From NCBI GenBank assembly GCA_001662655.1, contig KV460278.1: a stretch of DNA of 20,000 nt; one strand, written 5' to 3'. Numbering within the stretch: the stretch's first letter is position 1; each line of letters starts with the position of its first letter. The stretch comes from Pseudogymnoascus verrucosus (taxonomy: Eukaryota). Of the stretch, positions 8,044-20,000 are shown one piece after another. The translations under genes were made by a program, and so were the position numbers. The notes beneath the pieces are model-generated. The model was not told the origin of the DNA. It saw only the letters and a program-made list of their open reading frames with translations, and searched no databases.

Positions 8044-10637
8044 CTTTTGTATTATTTTTATTTTTATTTTTTTTGCTCTTGTTTGGTCAGTTGTCAGTTT
8101 TAGATAGGCGGGCGCCGAGCTGAGATAATCGATATCGATATCCGATACGAACTGTTCGCGCTGGAACCGGGACGTCATGCGCTATCAAACAAACCCAACA
8201 ACAAGCCAGAGACACCCAGCGTACCACCATAGCTGAAATCGCGCTGCTCGCGTCGCGTCTCTCTTACCTTACCCCGGGGCCCGGGTTCCGGGGTAGCCGT
8301 GGTAGGCGCTGGTGGTTCAGTGTTCTACTGCTGTCTCACTCACTCCCTTCTCACTCTAGATCGCGCCGGATGCGGGGCGCGGGGTGGACGGGGATTAGAA
8401 TGCGGGTGTCTCTGTTCGCATCGCGGGTGGTACAGTACGGGAGAGTTAGGAGTGGCGACTGGCACGGGAAAAGGGAAGGATCGGGATCGGGATGGACGCT
8501 CTCGTTGGTTTTTGATGCAGTAGGCAGGAAGGGCGATGCGCGTGAGTCCGAGGTTGGACTTTTGTATGTCGCTGCCGATTTCCACATGCTGATTCCGAAA
8601 ACCCAACATATCCCATGCGTCGCCGCGCCGCGGTGCGATGCGCGCGTCACAAGTGAGAAATGCATCTCCGCGCTCCGACGACGTAGCCAACCCGGCATAC
8701 CTGGACGCGTACCTGGAGACCAGTCCGGGGGCGTGAGACAGCGCTGATAAGGCGAGACATTCCACGTGGATCAAACGGGTGTGCAGGACGCATTGGGTGC
8801 GCTTCCCCGACCCGGATTCGCCGCAACGGAGGAGAGACGCGGTGGCGGATATGGGTATGTAGAGTACCTTTGCGCGACGAGGAGAGGGATGTTGTTCGCG
8901 CTGGTGTTTTGTCGCGGACGGGGTGCCGGAGTTGGATGGGACTGCAGGTGGGTGGTGATGCAACGGTTTTGGTGGAGGAGGAGGGAGTAAGGAGGGGGGG
9001 ATGGGGGCAGTAGGGGCGCGTGTCGTCTCACCGGAAGCAGGAAGGCTGCAAATTGTCCGCAGCGTGATGTGATGTGGTGTTGATAGGCGCTGTGCGAATG
9101 TTACAGTCTACTGTAGAGGCTGCAGCTGTGGCGCGCCAACGTGAGTAGATGGGGAAGGAGGAGATACCGTGAAGGGGGTGGGACGTCAGAGGTGGCGATA
9201 ACGAGCGCTGATCAGGCGCGAGAACTATGGTAAGGCGGGAAGGAGGATAGCTAGAGAAATTCTAGCTGGCCGTTGAGTTATCTCGAGGAGGCTCGGTCCG
9301 AGAGATGACGAGGGGAGGTTCAGATTGTATAGATACGTAGAGATAGGGGGGGTGGAAGGGGGGTGGAAGGCGGGTGGAAGGGGGGAGAGAGATATGGTAG
9401 TCGTTCTGGCTGGCCGGACAGATGGTACTTTGAAGCCATGTAGGTACTGGAATCCGTATCTACAAGTTGCAGTTTTGATTGTCGTGCATTCGTCGACATA
9501 TATCTATACAACACATATACACCACACTCCTTCACCGGATATCCCAACTCGAACATCCCGATTGTCGTTACGTGCTGACCCCCACTCGTCCGTGTGGAGG
9601 TGTGCAAGCTGTCGCCATTGTTCCTGGATGCTGACCTCGAAACCTTGAGACTTTGACACACCTTTAGAGCTACGTACTCTGTACTCTATCGGGGTGTGCA
9701 TGGATGGCTGGCTCTGGTTATCACATCATGGACAAGCTGTTAGCGGACGCTTGACTGTGCATCAGGATGACCGGCCAGTAGGGGCCGATGGTGCAGCCCA
9801 GGTGCCCGGTTGCTTGATGGTGTATTGACTGTATAGGCTACGCTCTGCGTTTTGTGTATGTATGATGTAGTTTGTACAGCCATAGATGTACAACAACAGC
9901 AACCCTATGAACGAACGAACTGCAGGATATACGAACTTAACTCCTGTACATCCCAGTGTATGTTGCACTGGGCTGCTGTATGCAGTTCAGTATGTATGTC
10001 AGACGCCGCATGCAACTCTCCACAGCCAGTTGCGCGATCCAGGCCACCGACGTAGCGACCTCGACAAATCGACATATGGGAAAGCATCAACTGACCTCTC
10101 TGCATCTCCTCGTTCGTAGTTACCATGGATGGGATGGTGAGGAGGGGACTTCAATTAGTCCCGTGACAGGTACCCCTAAGAATACCCGTTCTCCTCAATC
10201 AAAACGTACCGCGGCAACCTTTTGAGCACGAACACCCGCGGAAGGCACGGGATTTTGTCGCCTTCATGTATCGACTCTCTCGGCTTCGTTGCTGCACGCT
10301 CGAAAATCTGCCGGGCAGAACCGCCACCCTGAAGGATTTCTTGCAGTTCTCGGTGTTATAGACGGGGCACACGAGGGGCTCGGCGGCGGTGGAATGCGGG
10401 ATTAGGTATCGGATGGCCCTTGGACGGCCCTTGATGTGGAGCGGATGCGCATTGTTTCTGTGGGGATGCGGTTGGGTTTTGCCTCGTTTTGCGTGGTTTT
10501 GCCACTGGGGATGGGGCTGACCTGATCGGCTCTGCTTGGACTTCTTGGGGTTCTTGGGATGTTCTTCGACGGCTGGACGGCGGGACATGACTGTTTGGGC
10601 CTGAGGGTAATAATAGGTTAGCGGTTGGTTAGTGTTA

Positions 10638-10666
10638 GGTAAGTGATGGTAAGTGATGGTAAGTGA
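10638..10666. repeat. 10-bp tandem repeat (GGTAAGTGAT), about 3 copies
   Basis: ggtaagtgat ggtaagtgat ggtaagtga read directly from the sequence. Confidence 0.8.
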
Positions 10667-11090
10667 AGCTTGGAGAGTCTTTGCTTTCCTTGTAGACCTT
10701 GAGACATGTAAATGAGCATGGTTGTTTGTGCATAGCATAGTATGTATGGATTGTAATGTAGAGCAGAGTAGAGTATACTGATTGATATACTGGTATGTAC
10801 AGTACATTCATCGTCGATATAGCACTCCTTGTAGAGTAACTTAAGTAACAGTAACAGGCGACTGACCTGGACTCGTCGACGGGAGAGGTACGGGATGGGA
10901 CCAGATAGGATAGGCAGTGGTCGACAGTCAACTTCCTTTCCTTCCTTTCCCCTCTCCACACATACGCCATCCCCCCCGCTGATTGTCCTCATTCTGAAGC
11001 CGTTTTGCTGGTATTCGTCGCATTGTTCCCTGATATAAAAACATCTCCAGAACTCGTCAGACTGATGTTCTGGATTATCTTGTTTTCTCC

Positions 11091-11160
11091 CTGTATCTCT
11101 TGTCTCTTCCTGTCTCATCTGTCTCCTCTGTCTCCTCTGTCTCTCCTGCATCTCCTGCAT
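11091..11160. repeat. Degenerate (TCTGTCTCC)n-like pyrimidine-rich minisatellite
   Basis: ctgtctcatctgtctcctctgtctcctctgtctctcctgcatctcctgcat. Confidence 0.6.
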
Positions 11161-11399
11161 ATTCACTGCGCACGGCTCCTTATCCACGCTAAGAGGTTCG
11201 AGGCCAGAGCAGAAAATGGAAAAATGGAGAAAATGCTTCGCTAGCTGCACCCACTACTGTACAAAAAGTATTCACTACCACTCCACTACCATTCACTCCA
11301 CGACCACTCACTGCCAACCCGACTACTGCAACTTCATCCACTAGCCCTTACCCCAGCCCGACTAACTAAACCACCCCATGCCAAATTCAATTCGTGATC

Positions 11400-11640
11400 C
11401 TATCCCTCTCTCCACTCTCCGCCGCTCACTTTACTACCCTACCACCTTACCACCTTCCAGCCCTTGCCTGTTCCCTCCTGTTCCCTGCAAAAACTAACAA
11501 CCTCAACAAATAAACTCTACTACTCCCCTTCCGTCTCTCTATTCTTGAATTCCCTCTCCATCTTTCTCTACTTTCTAAACTCTATAATCTTACTTTCTCT
11601 CAATAATTTCCTTAATATACTCTCCTCTCTTTCCCCACAA
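11400..11640 (+). promoter_or_regulatory. CT-rich core promoter / 5' leader region of reg1
   Basis: Long pyrimidine-rich, G-poor tract about 500-730 nt upstream of the ATG. CT tracts commonly mark transcription start regions in filamentous fungi. Confidence 0.4.
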
Positions 11641-11970
11641 CTGTCTCACCCCCCGCAAAAAAAGACCTTCACGAAACGAGAGATCAGATCACATCACCCC
11701 ACAATCTATCGCTTCAAACAGTCATTCCATCCGTCACCGCCGGCCGCCCTGTCAACGCTAGCACTACCACCCATAAAGAGTCGAAGAGTCGAAGACCATC
11801 ATCGATTCCTCGCCTATCCACGATATCGTCACAACGACTCGCTGCCCTGACACAGGCAACAGACGATCTAGACGGGCCCCCCCACGGTTGTCTCATGCTG
11901 CGAAACTAAACGTGCGGATCTCCGACGTGTCTCGTCCTCCGGTCCTGCATCCGCGATTACAATCCGTCCC

Positions 11971-12060
11971 ATGAGAGGCGGGCCACCACCAACCTTGACC
12001 GCCACGGGCACCAGGAAGAGGAGGATAAAAGGACACGAGTCTAGGTCGCTTCGACCATAA
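11971..12060 (+). other. Candidate 29-aa upstream ORF in the reg1 leader (MRGGPPPTLTATGTRKRRIKGHESRSLRP)
   Basis: ATG at 11971, TAA at 12058-12060, ending 71 nt before the main ATG. A second mini-uORF MLRN* lies at 11895-11909. Confidence 0.4.
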
Positions 12061-12131
12061 ACAGACATATATCGCCTCTCCCCCCCGAACCCCACCGACT
12101 CCGAGGCAGCCCACGCTCCACGCACGCGACT

Positions 12132-13956
12132 ATGGCCGTAGTATTATCAGCCGACGAGAATCGGTATTTCTCATCCAGTTCGCTCAAGAGGTCGCACTCG
12201 GGGAAGTTCACAAACTCGTCATACGCGCCTCTTGCGCCCTCGCCCTCGAAATCAGACCTACATAGCCAGATCTCCTACAACACCGTCTCCTCACCCCTGG
12301 CATCCTCTCCGCCGCCCGCACACTCGCCACCGCCTACGGTCCACACCGCCGATTCCACCACCGAATCCTTCTCTACTACCGAATCTTTCCCCTCCACACC
12401 CGCGAGCAGCATATCCTGCGCAGACGACCAGGACGACGATCAGATCGTGTTCCCCTCGTATGACGAGGTAGGATACTACGATCAGGACCAATCCGAAGAT
12501 CTGGAGCCACCTGCGAGTCCACGCGGCAATGGGGAGTCATACACCGTTTCGCCCACGTCGAATACTGCCTCGACGGACGCGTCGCGACCCGATTCTCCCG
12601 AGCTCGTCGAGCATGCCGAGGACGACACAGCGATACGGTCGCAGCCGTCGCGGCATGTGGATTACTTATCACATAATTGGCGGGAGGAGGATATTTGGTC
12701 GTCATGGCAGCATATCGTATCGAAACGAGGCAACTACAGCAATAGCGCCAGGTTAGAAAACGCGTCTTGGAGGACTTGGATCAAGAACAAGTACAAGCTC
12801 AAGACTGTGTCGCCCGAAACGCTGAATTGGTAAGTCCTAGCTACTCTCTTCTATCTACAGCCATACTAACTTCCCCAGGCTAAAAGACTGCGACGTGACC
12901 TGGCTCTACGGGCCCCTCCAAACGGGCTCCGGCAAACCCTTCATGCCCCCCCCTTCCCCCATCGGCAGCCGCCGCATCTCGAAATCCAACTCCTTCCTCC
13001 ACAAGAAGCCCATCCTCAAAAAACGCAGCATGTCCGAGATAATGCTTCAGCGCTCCCTCTCCGCCTCCTCCCTCCTCAAACAAGCCGCCGCTGCCGTGCA
13101 AGCCCAACAATCCGGCGCCTCCCTCTCATCCTCCTCGCACGACCGCCCGTACATGGGCCGCGCCATCTCCGACTACGGCGCCTTTTCGCTCGTTTCTCGC
13201 CGCCGAAGCCGCGAAAACACTAGCCTGCTCCCCTCGGTCACGAGCTCGGGCATCACATCCCCCGGCGCGGAGAAGAGGCATATCCACTTCAATGAGCAGG
13301 TGGAGCAGTGCATCGCGCTCGAGATGAAGGGGGATGACGATGACGACGATGCGATTGCGTACCCGTCCGACGGCCTCGGCGACTCCGACGACGATTCAGA
13401 CGACGGCGCGATCATGATGAAGCGCTCGTCCTCGAAACGCAAACTCCCTCCCCTTGCCAAGAAACCGGCTCCGGTCACCCCAAACACCGACATCGAGACA
13501 ATCGCCATGCTACCCTCCACAACTCTTAAGTACCGCGAAGACACCCCTGAACCGCCGGAGTCGGCGCTAAAACACAGCAGCAGCTGGTCCCTCTCCATCT
13601 CTCCCTCGCCATCACAAGAGACACTCCGCCCTTCATCCTCCTCTTCCACCGCAACAGCGCGCTCCTTCTCCTTACCAGCATCATCCGCACTCGACGATGA
13701 CGACGATTGGCCGCCCCCACCGCTCCCACCGCGCCGCGACAGCGTGTCGCTCGCCCAAGACCGGTTCGCGGGACTGCAGATCTCGGAGGAGGCGCAGGTG
13801 GGGGGGATGAGGCGCACGCCGTCGGGGATGTTTATGCCGCTCGAAGAGGACGAGGATGATATTGTGGGAGAGGGGTTGTTTGGGAGGGTGGTGGAGACGG
13901 TTAATACGGCGAGGGATATTGCGCATGTTATTTGGAATGTGGGGTGGAGGAGGTAG
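12132..13956 (+). CDS. reg1: Reg1/Hex2-like protein phosphatase 1 (Glc7) regulatory subunit; join(12132-12829, 12879-13956), 591 aa
   Basis: Exon 1 has HVDYLSHNWREEDIWSSW and RLENASWRTW (DUF1752-type). Splicing restores VSPETLNW-LKDCDVTWLYGPL. Exon 2 has KKPILKKRS, the PP1-docking RVxF-type motif KRHIHFNEQVEQCIA (RHIHF as in yeast Reg1) and the C-terminal VNTARDIAHVIWNVGWRR. Confidence 0.92.
12830..12878 (+). other. Spliceosomal intron of reg1 (49 nt, phase 2)
   Basis: GTAAGT donor at 12830, TACTAAC branch site at 12864-12870, CAG acceptor ending at 12878. Removal joins TG+G (Trp) and fuses the two long ORFs. Confidence 0.95.
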
Positions 13957-16743
13957 TTGGGGTGGTCGTGCGCTGTTATGCGCTGTGGTGTTTTGTTCTT
14001 TGAGCATGGGATACGTGGGGTATTACCCCCTCCTCTGTCTGGGCCTCAGAACTCTATGAGCACTGTATGGACATACCGTTCATCCCATCCCTGACCAGCT
14101 ACCTCTCCCTCTCTCGTCCAACAAACTTCCAGTCCACACACAACCGAGGACACGGACAAATTTTTTGCTTACAAACGGCGTTATCATTTTATTGTTTTTT
14201 CACGGAAAGGGGGATCATCATTGCATTGCGTTGCGCGGGGTCGGCCGGTTCTGCTATCATGTCTGCGTTTTTTTGCGTTGCGTTTTGTTTTGTTTTATTT
14301 TTATTTTTTCCTTTTTTTCTCGAACTCTCTCTCTCCCGAAACATGCGCGTGGGGATGATGATGACGTTCTGCTTGTTTTTGTTTTGTTTTTTCTACTTAC
14401 AACTTCCTTCTTCTTTCTTTCTTATTCCTTCTTCTTACTCTGTATATGAACAATCGGGACACTGAAGCGGGAAACTTTGTGCGAACGCGGGTGGGGCGGA
14501 GGCGGGGGGTATTAAAAAGCATTAGACCTCGATGATCGATGTTAGGTTTTTTTTTTGGGGTCTTGGTGTTTATGGTGGGGTGTGGGGAGTTGGTTCGGGG
14601 ATAAGGGGGGGTGGGAAAAGGGGGAACAGGAACAGAGGAAGTGGAAGTGTGATATTGTGCTGTTGTGATGAGAAAGGGGAAGGGGGAAGGGGTGAATACT
14701 GGATGAGTAGAGAGGGGGCAATAGCTGTATCTAGCTGTAATGAATGCACACACACAAACAAACAAACACAAAAACGCACATACCCGCCGTCGCCGTGATT
14801 CTTCTCACTTTCAGTGACGCAACTCCCACATTAGTAACCCACCACCACAACCACCACCAGTTCGTCGTCCCGTCCCGTTCCTTTCCCACCCACCTCCCCC
14901 TTTCCCACCCGCCTTCCCTTTCCTCCTTCCCCCCCCCCCCCCCGTTTCCCAACCCCCCAAACTCATTGGCCACCCCCCAACTCACGTGACGCAAACCTCA
15001 TGCGGCCTCCTGTACACCCCTCCACCCAATCCAAACCCGCAAACGAGCCAAGACCAGCGTTCGAGGTTGTGGTTGGGTGGTGAGGGGAGGTAGGTGCCTG
15101 ATGTGATATTGCCCTGGATTCCGTTTCGTTGGGTTTGGATTTTGGGGCTGGGATGGGAGGCGGAGGGGAAGGTGAGGCGGACTGGTGTGGTGTGGTGTTG
15201 TTTATTTCTGGGGGGTTTTGGGATGGGTATGGGGATTGCGTGTTCGATACTGCGATGTTGCTGCGGATAGATAGGCGGGTGGAAAGACAGTATGCAGACG
15301 TTCTATTCAAAGCCCTATAGATCTAAACTCGGTGATATGCATACATACATACCCACAGCACGTCTCAGCCTCGTCTCGCGGCTTCCGGTTCACCTCGCCT
15401 CGGAGACGAAGATGGGGCCTTCACCTCAACCTGTCTTGTTTCCTCCCTCTGGCCCATCGCCATCTCGACGGCAGTACCAGATATGGACCCCGCGACTCCG
15501 ATAACGCGTTATGGTAAACACCTCTTACCACCCCAAACACACCAAAATCTCAGCCCTAGCAATCACCTGCCCACCCCTCCCCGAGACAGAGGCGTAGACT
15601 AGACTTACCGGACGGTAGCTGGAGCGAGACAAGACCCTTCGTCCCCACCACTTATCTCGCTTCGTCGGCGCCAGCGGCGGCGCCAGCGGTGGTGGAATGG
15701 TGATAGTAGTGTTAGAGTCAGTAGTGCTGTCTCACGCGGTACGGTGCGGTGCGGTGCGTAGCGGCTTGGGGGTGGTGGTGGATGGGGGAGGCGTCGGATA
15801 GAGATTAGTTGTGGACTTAGGGATGGGAGTGGTGGTGGTGGGATACGTGGAGGGAGAAGGAGTGGGATGGAGATGGTAGATTGGACAGGACAAGAAGTCA
15901 TGTGTAGAGAACACTGAAACCGTGAGGCTAAACATACGTATAACTTAGGTCACTGGATCCCCATCATCAAAAGTGAGAGTCTCTCTCTTTCCCCTCAAAG
16001 ATCGATCACTGGACTGAGAGGAGAGGGAGAGGAGGGAGAGTCACTAGATCGCCGCCGCCGCGTCGTCACCATCGCCACAGCCGCTCACCTTCCTCAAGCA
16101 TCAGCGCGTCGCGCATCCAACCAAGCCGGTTACGCGTGACATCTCCCCTTCCTCAAGCATCCCCATCCTCTCCCATCCCCGTCATCCTATCCTCTCCTAT
16201 ACTCTCCAAACCAAACCCGGAGATACGCGCCGCGCACGTGCTCTCTCCTCTCTCCTGCCCCAGCCTATTCAATCACCTGCTCCCTTCCCATCGCGTCCGT
16301 CGTCACTTCACGTATATCCTTGGCATACGGAGCTCCGTAGGGCACCACTCAAGGAACCAAAGCATCCGGATCATCTCCCACCTCCCACCTCACACTCTCT
16401 CTCGCTCCTCGCTCATCTTTCGCTTCACGGGGTGGATCCCTGATCAAGCCAGTCAACAGCGGTATAGGACCGACTCCATCCCATCACAGCTCTGCTCTGT
16501 GCATCTAGGTTGCGTGATTGGGCGGTGTATGCTGTCACTGGTCACTGTTCCTTGAGGTACCAGGGGGTTGGGAAATTCGAGGCGTAGGGGGAATTGTGAT
16601 TTGTTCCCCTTGCTCGCCTGGTTGGGCGCGTAAAAATGGGTGAGTGAGGGTGTGGTGGACCAGTTAGAAAAAAGGAAATACACGAAAATACAGGTATTTT
16701 TTATTTTCTGATTTTCTTTTTTAATTTCTTTTTAGGGAGGAGG

Positions 16744-16779
16744 NNNNNNNNNNNNNNNNNNNNNNNNNNNNNNNNNNNN
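16744..16779. other. Assembly gap (N run)
   Basis: 36 Ns. Confidence 0.99.
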
Positions 16780-16996
16780 TGTGCCTACCGGTGAAGGAAG
16801 GATGGGGGACGGAGATGAACGACGGAGATGAGCTTGAGCTGGGGGGCTGTCGTCCGGGGCTTGTTCTTTTTCGCCTCCTCCCAGTCTAGGATGAACAAAC
16901 TTGGGCATGATACTCGAGTACAGACAGACAGTATCGCCTACACCGGAGGAAAAGTGGCATGGATGGGGGAACTGGGGATGGGGATGGATGAGCATA

Positions 16997-17085
16997 NNNN
17001 NNNNNNNNNNNNNNNNNNNNNNNNNNNNNNNNNNNNNNNNNNNNNNNNNNNNNNNNNNNNNNNNNNNNNNNNNNNNNNNNNNNNN
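16997..17085. other. Assembly gap (N run)
   Basis: 89 Ns. Confidence 0.99.
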
Positions 17086-18085
17086 ACGCAGGCCCTTCCT
17101 TCTGTTACTCCCTCCTTGGGATTTCCGCAAACGGCCACCATCCATCACACCAGCACCAGGATTTGAGATATTCCTCCGACTGTAACTTAACATTTTCTGT
17201 GTAAGAGTATCGCCCCATCTCGTCCGCACACCGAACCGCCGACTCGACTCGTGCTGCAGATCTAGCATCACACATCGCAGGGTGCAAAACTACAGTACAG
17301 TTAGTCGGTGGATGGATGTGATGTGAAGAGATGTGATATCTCCCCCCAAAGATACATACATACATCCAGCGAGCGAGCGCCTACATACATGCGTGCGTGT
17401 GTGGCGTAGGTACATCCCTCACGTGTACCATCATCACATCACAGCACAGCAGTACGGTACAGCACGCACGGCCCGGCACGAAAGAAACGAACAGGACAGC
17501 ACAGCAGGCGGTGCAAAATACCTATCCGCCGTACGTAGTTGCGGTCAATTCACCGACTTTTTGCCCCATCCGCGCCACTGTGGCCACGCCGGGGGGGGGG
17601 GTGCTATTCTTGTGCTGTTGCCTGGTATAGTGGTATAGAATGAAGTTGTATAGTTACTGTAGTGCGGGTATCTGGGCTGGGATGGGGGGATGTCATCGAT
17701 AGACAACACAACCTGACTGAACTGACAGATGCAGGACGGTGAGCGAGAGGGTTGCGAGAGGCCCGAGCAGCTGGCGGTGGAGATGTCTGGTGTGTGTGGT
17801 GTGGTCCTGGTGGTGTGTGGTCGGGGCCCAGCCCATCCATCCACCCCCATCCAGAGCGCGCCCAGCCGGACAGGGCGTCGGGGATTAAACTGTTTTTTCG
17901 GGATTGAAGGGACGGATGGGGGATATGACGGCATTTTTCTGATGTCGCCCAGTCTCATTTCGCACTCCTGGTGGCTGTGGCTTTTCAAGTCGACCAGGAG
18001 CTCGGGCACAATAATGATGATGATGACGGTGAGCCGCGTTGGGTAAATTGGCTGGGGGAGTGTGCTACGGGAGGCTGGTCTCGAG

Positions 18086-18112
18086 GACAGACAGACAGAC
18101 AGACAGACAGAC
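18086..18112. repeat. (GACA)n microsatellite, nearly 7 units
   Basis: Perfect tetranucleotide run. Confidence 0.95.
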
Positions 18113-19256
18113 GGTAATAGCGACACCGGTGAGAGTGACAGTGGTAGTGCTGGTAGTAGCGGTGGCAGTGGTTAATCTCCCGCTCAGCTCAGCCCAGCCC
18201 AGCCATTTGCGGTGATTGCAGACCGGGATATACCCAGGACAAGATACAGTGATTGACCCTCCTGCCCTTCTTCCTCCGTAAGAGATGAAAGAGAGAGAGA
18301 AGGAGAAGGTAGGGTAACCTTATTTCCGACGTCAACCGGCCGCCGGAAGGGAAGGAAGGAGGGAACAAGTCACGCGTCACCCTCGTCGTCGTCGTCGGGG
18401 AATTAATGGGGTTGAATGAGCAAGTTATAATACGAGGCAGGCTAGCTTGGGCTGGAAGAGGAAACTCGAATATGCCTGCCTGGTCTTCTTTTCGTGAATC
18501 TTGGATAGCTGGGGGTGTGTGGGTGGTAACATCGTGGTGGTGGCTAAACACACCCCGGCCTGCCTACCTGGGTTGATTACTCAGAGGGGAGCAGGAAAGA
18601 TGAAACGTGAAGGGGATGGATGGGAGGTGTGGTGTGGTGGTGCAAGAGAGGGATAAAGGGATTAAGGCATGATGATATAGAGTACGACAGGAGGAGTAGC
18701 TGAGGGCGTGCGTGAATGGGTGTGGTACAAACACGCTCTCGGTCTGTTTGGTGTCGTTCTGTGTTCTGTCTGTGCTATCTGTGTTATAGTAGAACCTCCG
18801 TATGTGCGAGCTGCGTGTTGCGAGCTCCGAGCCGTACGCATGTCTGTCTGTTCTCAGCGTCATCATGTGCTGCAACTGCACACTGCAACTGCAACTGCAC
18901 CAGCAACACCCACAAGCAGCTTTCATCTCACCTCACACGAGCCTGTCTGTTCCAGATCAACTCGATATCGCAGCCCAAGTTCCACTCCAGCTTGGTCTTA
19001 GCAAAGCATCGAGTTGAGACCGAGCTGGACTGACTGGGACTGTGGCAGTCACGGGGCAGGTCACGTTCTGCCTGTGACGGCGATAACGAGATCCCATTGC
19101 TTGGAGTTCTCCATTGCTTGCATCCCAACTCACTCAACTCCCACTCAGCTGGATCCGTGCACACCCCCTCTTTGATCCTTGATGGATGGACCCTTTGACT
19201 GTTTTCCCTCCCTCCTACCCTCTCTGACTCCGGACTTGGCTTGGGCTGGTGCTGAT

Positions 19257-19274
19257 CTGACTGACTGACTGACT
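19257..19274. repeat. (CTGA)n microsatellite
   Basis: ctgactgactgactgact. Confidence 0.8.
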
Positions 19275-19489
19275 TGACTGCTCCTGGCACTTAGCTCTTT
19301 TCCGTCTGGCTGGCTGATGCTGCTACTCCTCCTACTCCTCCTACTTCTCGGGGTAGCAGCGGTACTCGTGGTACCCGTGCGACGGTACTCGCTGGACGCG
19401 TGGTACTTGTGCGACAGGTGTCCGCAACCGTGGGAAGCGTGTCCGACCACAACCCACCGCACGTAAGATGCACAAACTGCACAACTTCA

Positions 19490-19520
19490 CAGTATAATGT
19501 CAGTATAATGTCAGTATAAT
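19490..19520. repeat. 11-bp tandem repeat (CAGTATAATGT), about 3 copies
   Basis: Two perfect copies and one truncated copy. Confidence 0.85.
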
Positions 19521-20000
19521 TGTGTAGTAATGTTGACCTGAGACGGGGACTGGTCGATGTACTCTACGTATTGCTGTGATGTACCAGTACGTATTATATT
19601 CCTCCCCTTGTCCTCGCCTTACCACGGAGAGAACGAGGGCGAGGATGAGGGCTAGGTAAGAGGTAAGAAGAGGATTACCGTGAAAAGTGGATTACACAAC
19701 CCCCTCCCAGCCAACAATCTGCCAACAAACCACCAGCTACTTTCGCCTACTACGACTACTACGCCTACTACCAGTAAACAAAAGGTCGGGTTAGAGGAAA
19801 GATACTTTGTCAATGCACCACACCTACATACTATCTCCATGTACTTTTCTTCTAACCCATTAACCCATTAAACCCACTAAAACCCCCCCCCGCTAGCTGA
19901 GCAAAAATTTAGCCCCATTAGCCCTCTTTTTCTCTAGTCCCATTCGCTCTGACGCACTTCCCTATTTTCCCATCCCCAACCACTCATAACCACTCATAAT

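Noticed and set aside
8299..10225. Numerous 60-200 aa ORFs in the peptide gene-reg1 intergenic region
   Set aside because: Overlapping in several frames, low-complexity, with no domain motifs or codon bias.
11270..11705. Many CreA/Mig1-type SYGGRG matches upstream of reg1
   Set aside because: Expected by chance in such C-rich sequence; enrichment cannot be shown by eye.
13173..13817. 214-aa antisense ORF over reg1, and similar shadow ORFs over the other genes
   Set aside because: By-products of GC-rich biased codon usage; no recognisable motifs.
19850..19895. TAACCC-containing repeats resembling telomere sequence
   Set aside because: The units are TAACCCAT-like and irregular, not tandem CCCTAA, and there are only about three copies.

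Overview
Eukaryotic window from a filamentous ascomycete draft assembly: short GT..AG introns with CTRAY branch sites, long low-complexity intergenic tracts and two N gaps. Four genes are visible in the ORF track: (1) the 3' part of an alpha/beta-hydrolase lipase/steryl-ester hydrolase (<1-1065, +); (2) a convergent 2EXR-type domain protein (1238-2074, -); (3) an uncharacterised multi-pass membrane protein with a signal peptide (3316-4680, +), preceded by a four-copy degenerate ~65-75 bp repeat array; (4) a Reg1-like PP1/Glc7 regulatory subunit (12132-13956, +, one 49-nt intron) with candidate uORFs. The most notable item is mostly missed by the ORF track: a three-exon minus-strand gene (7128-7458) with a 14-nt micro-exon and two 53-nt introns. 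It encodes a 74-aa secreted six-cysteine peptide with beta-defensin-like spacing, and a diverged ~120-bp direct repeat pair lies upstream. Positions 14000-20000 contain no convincing coding sequence. All family assignments are from motif recognition by eye, not database searches.
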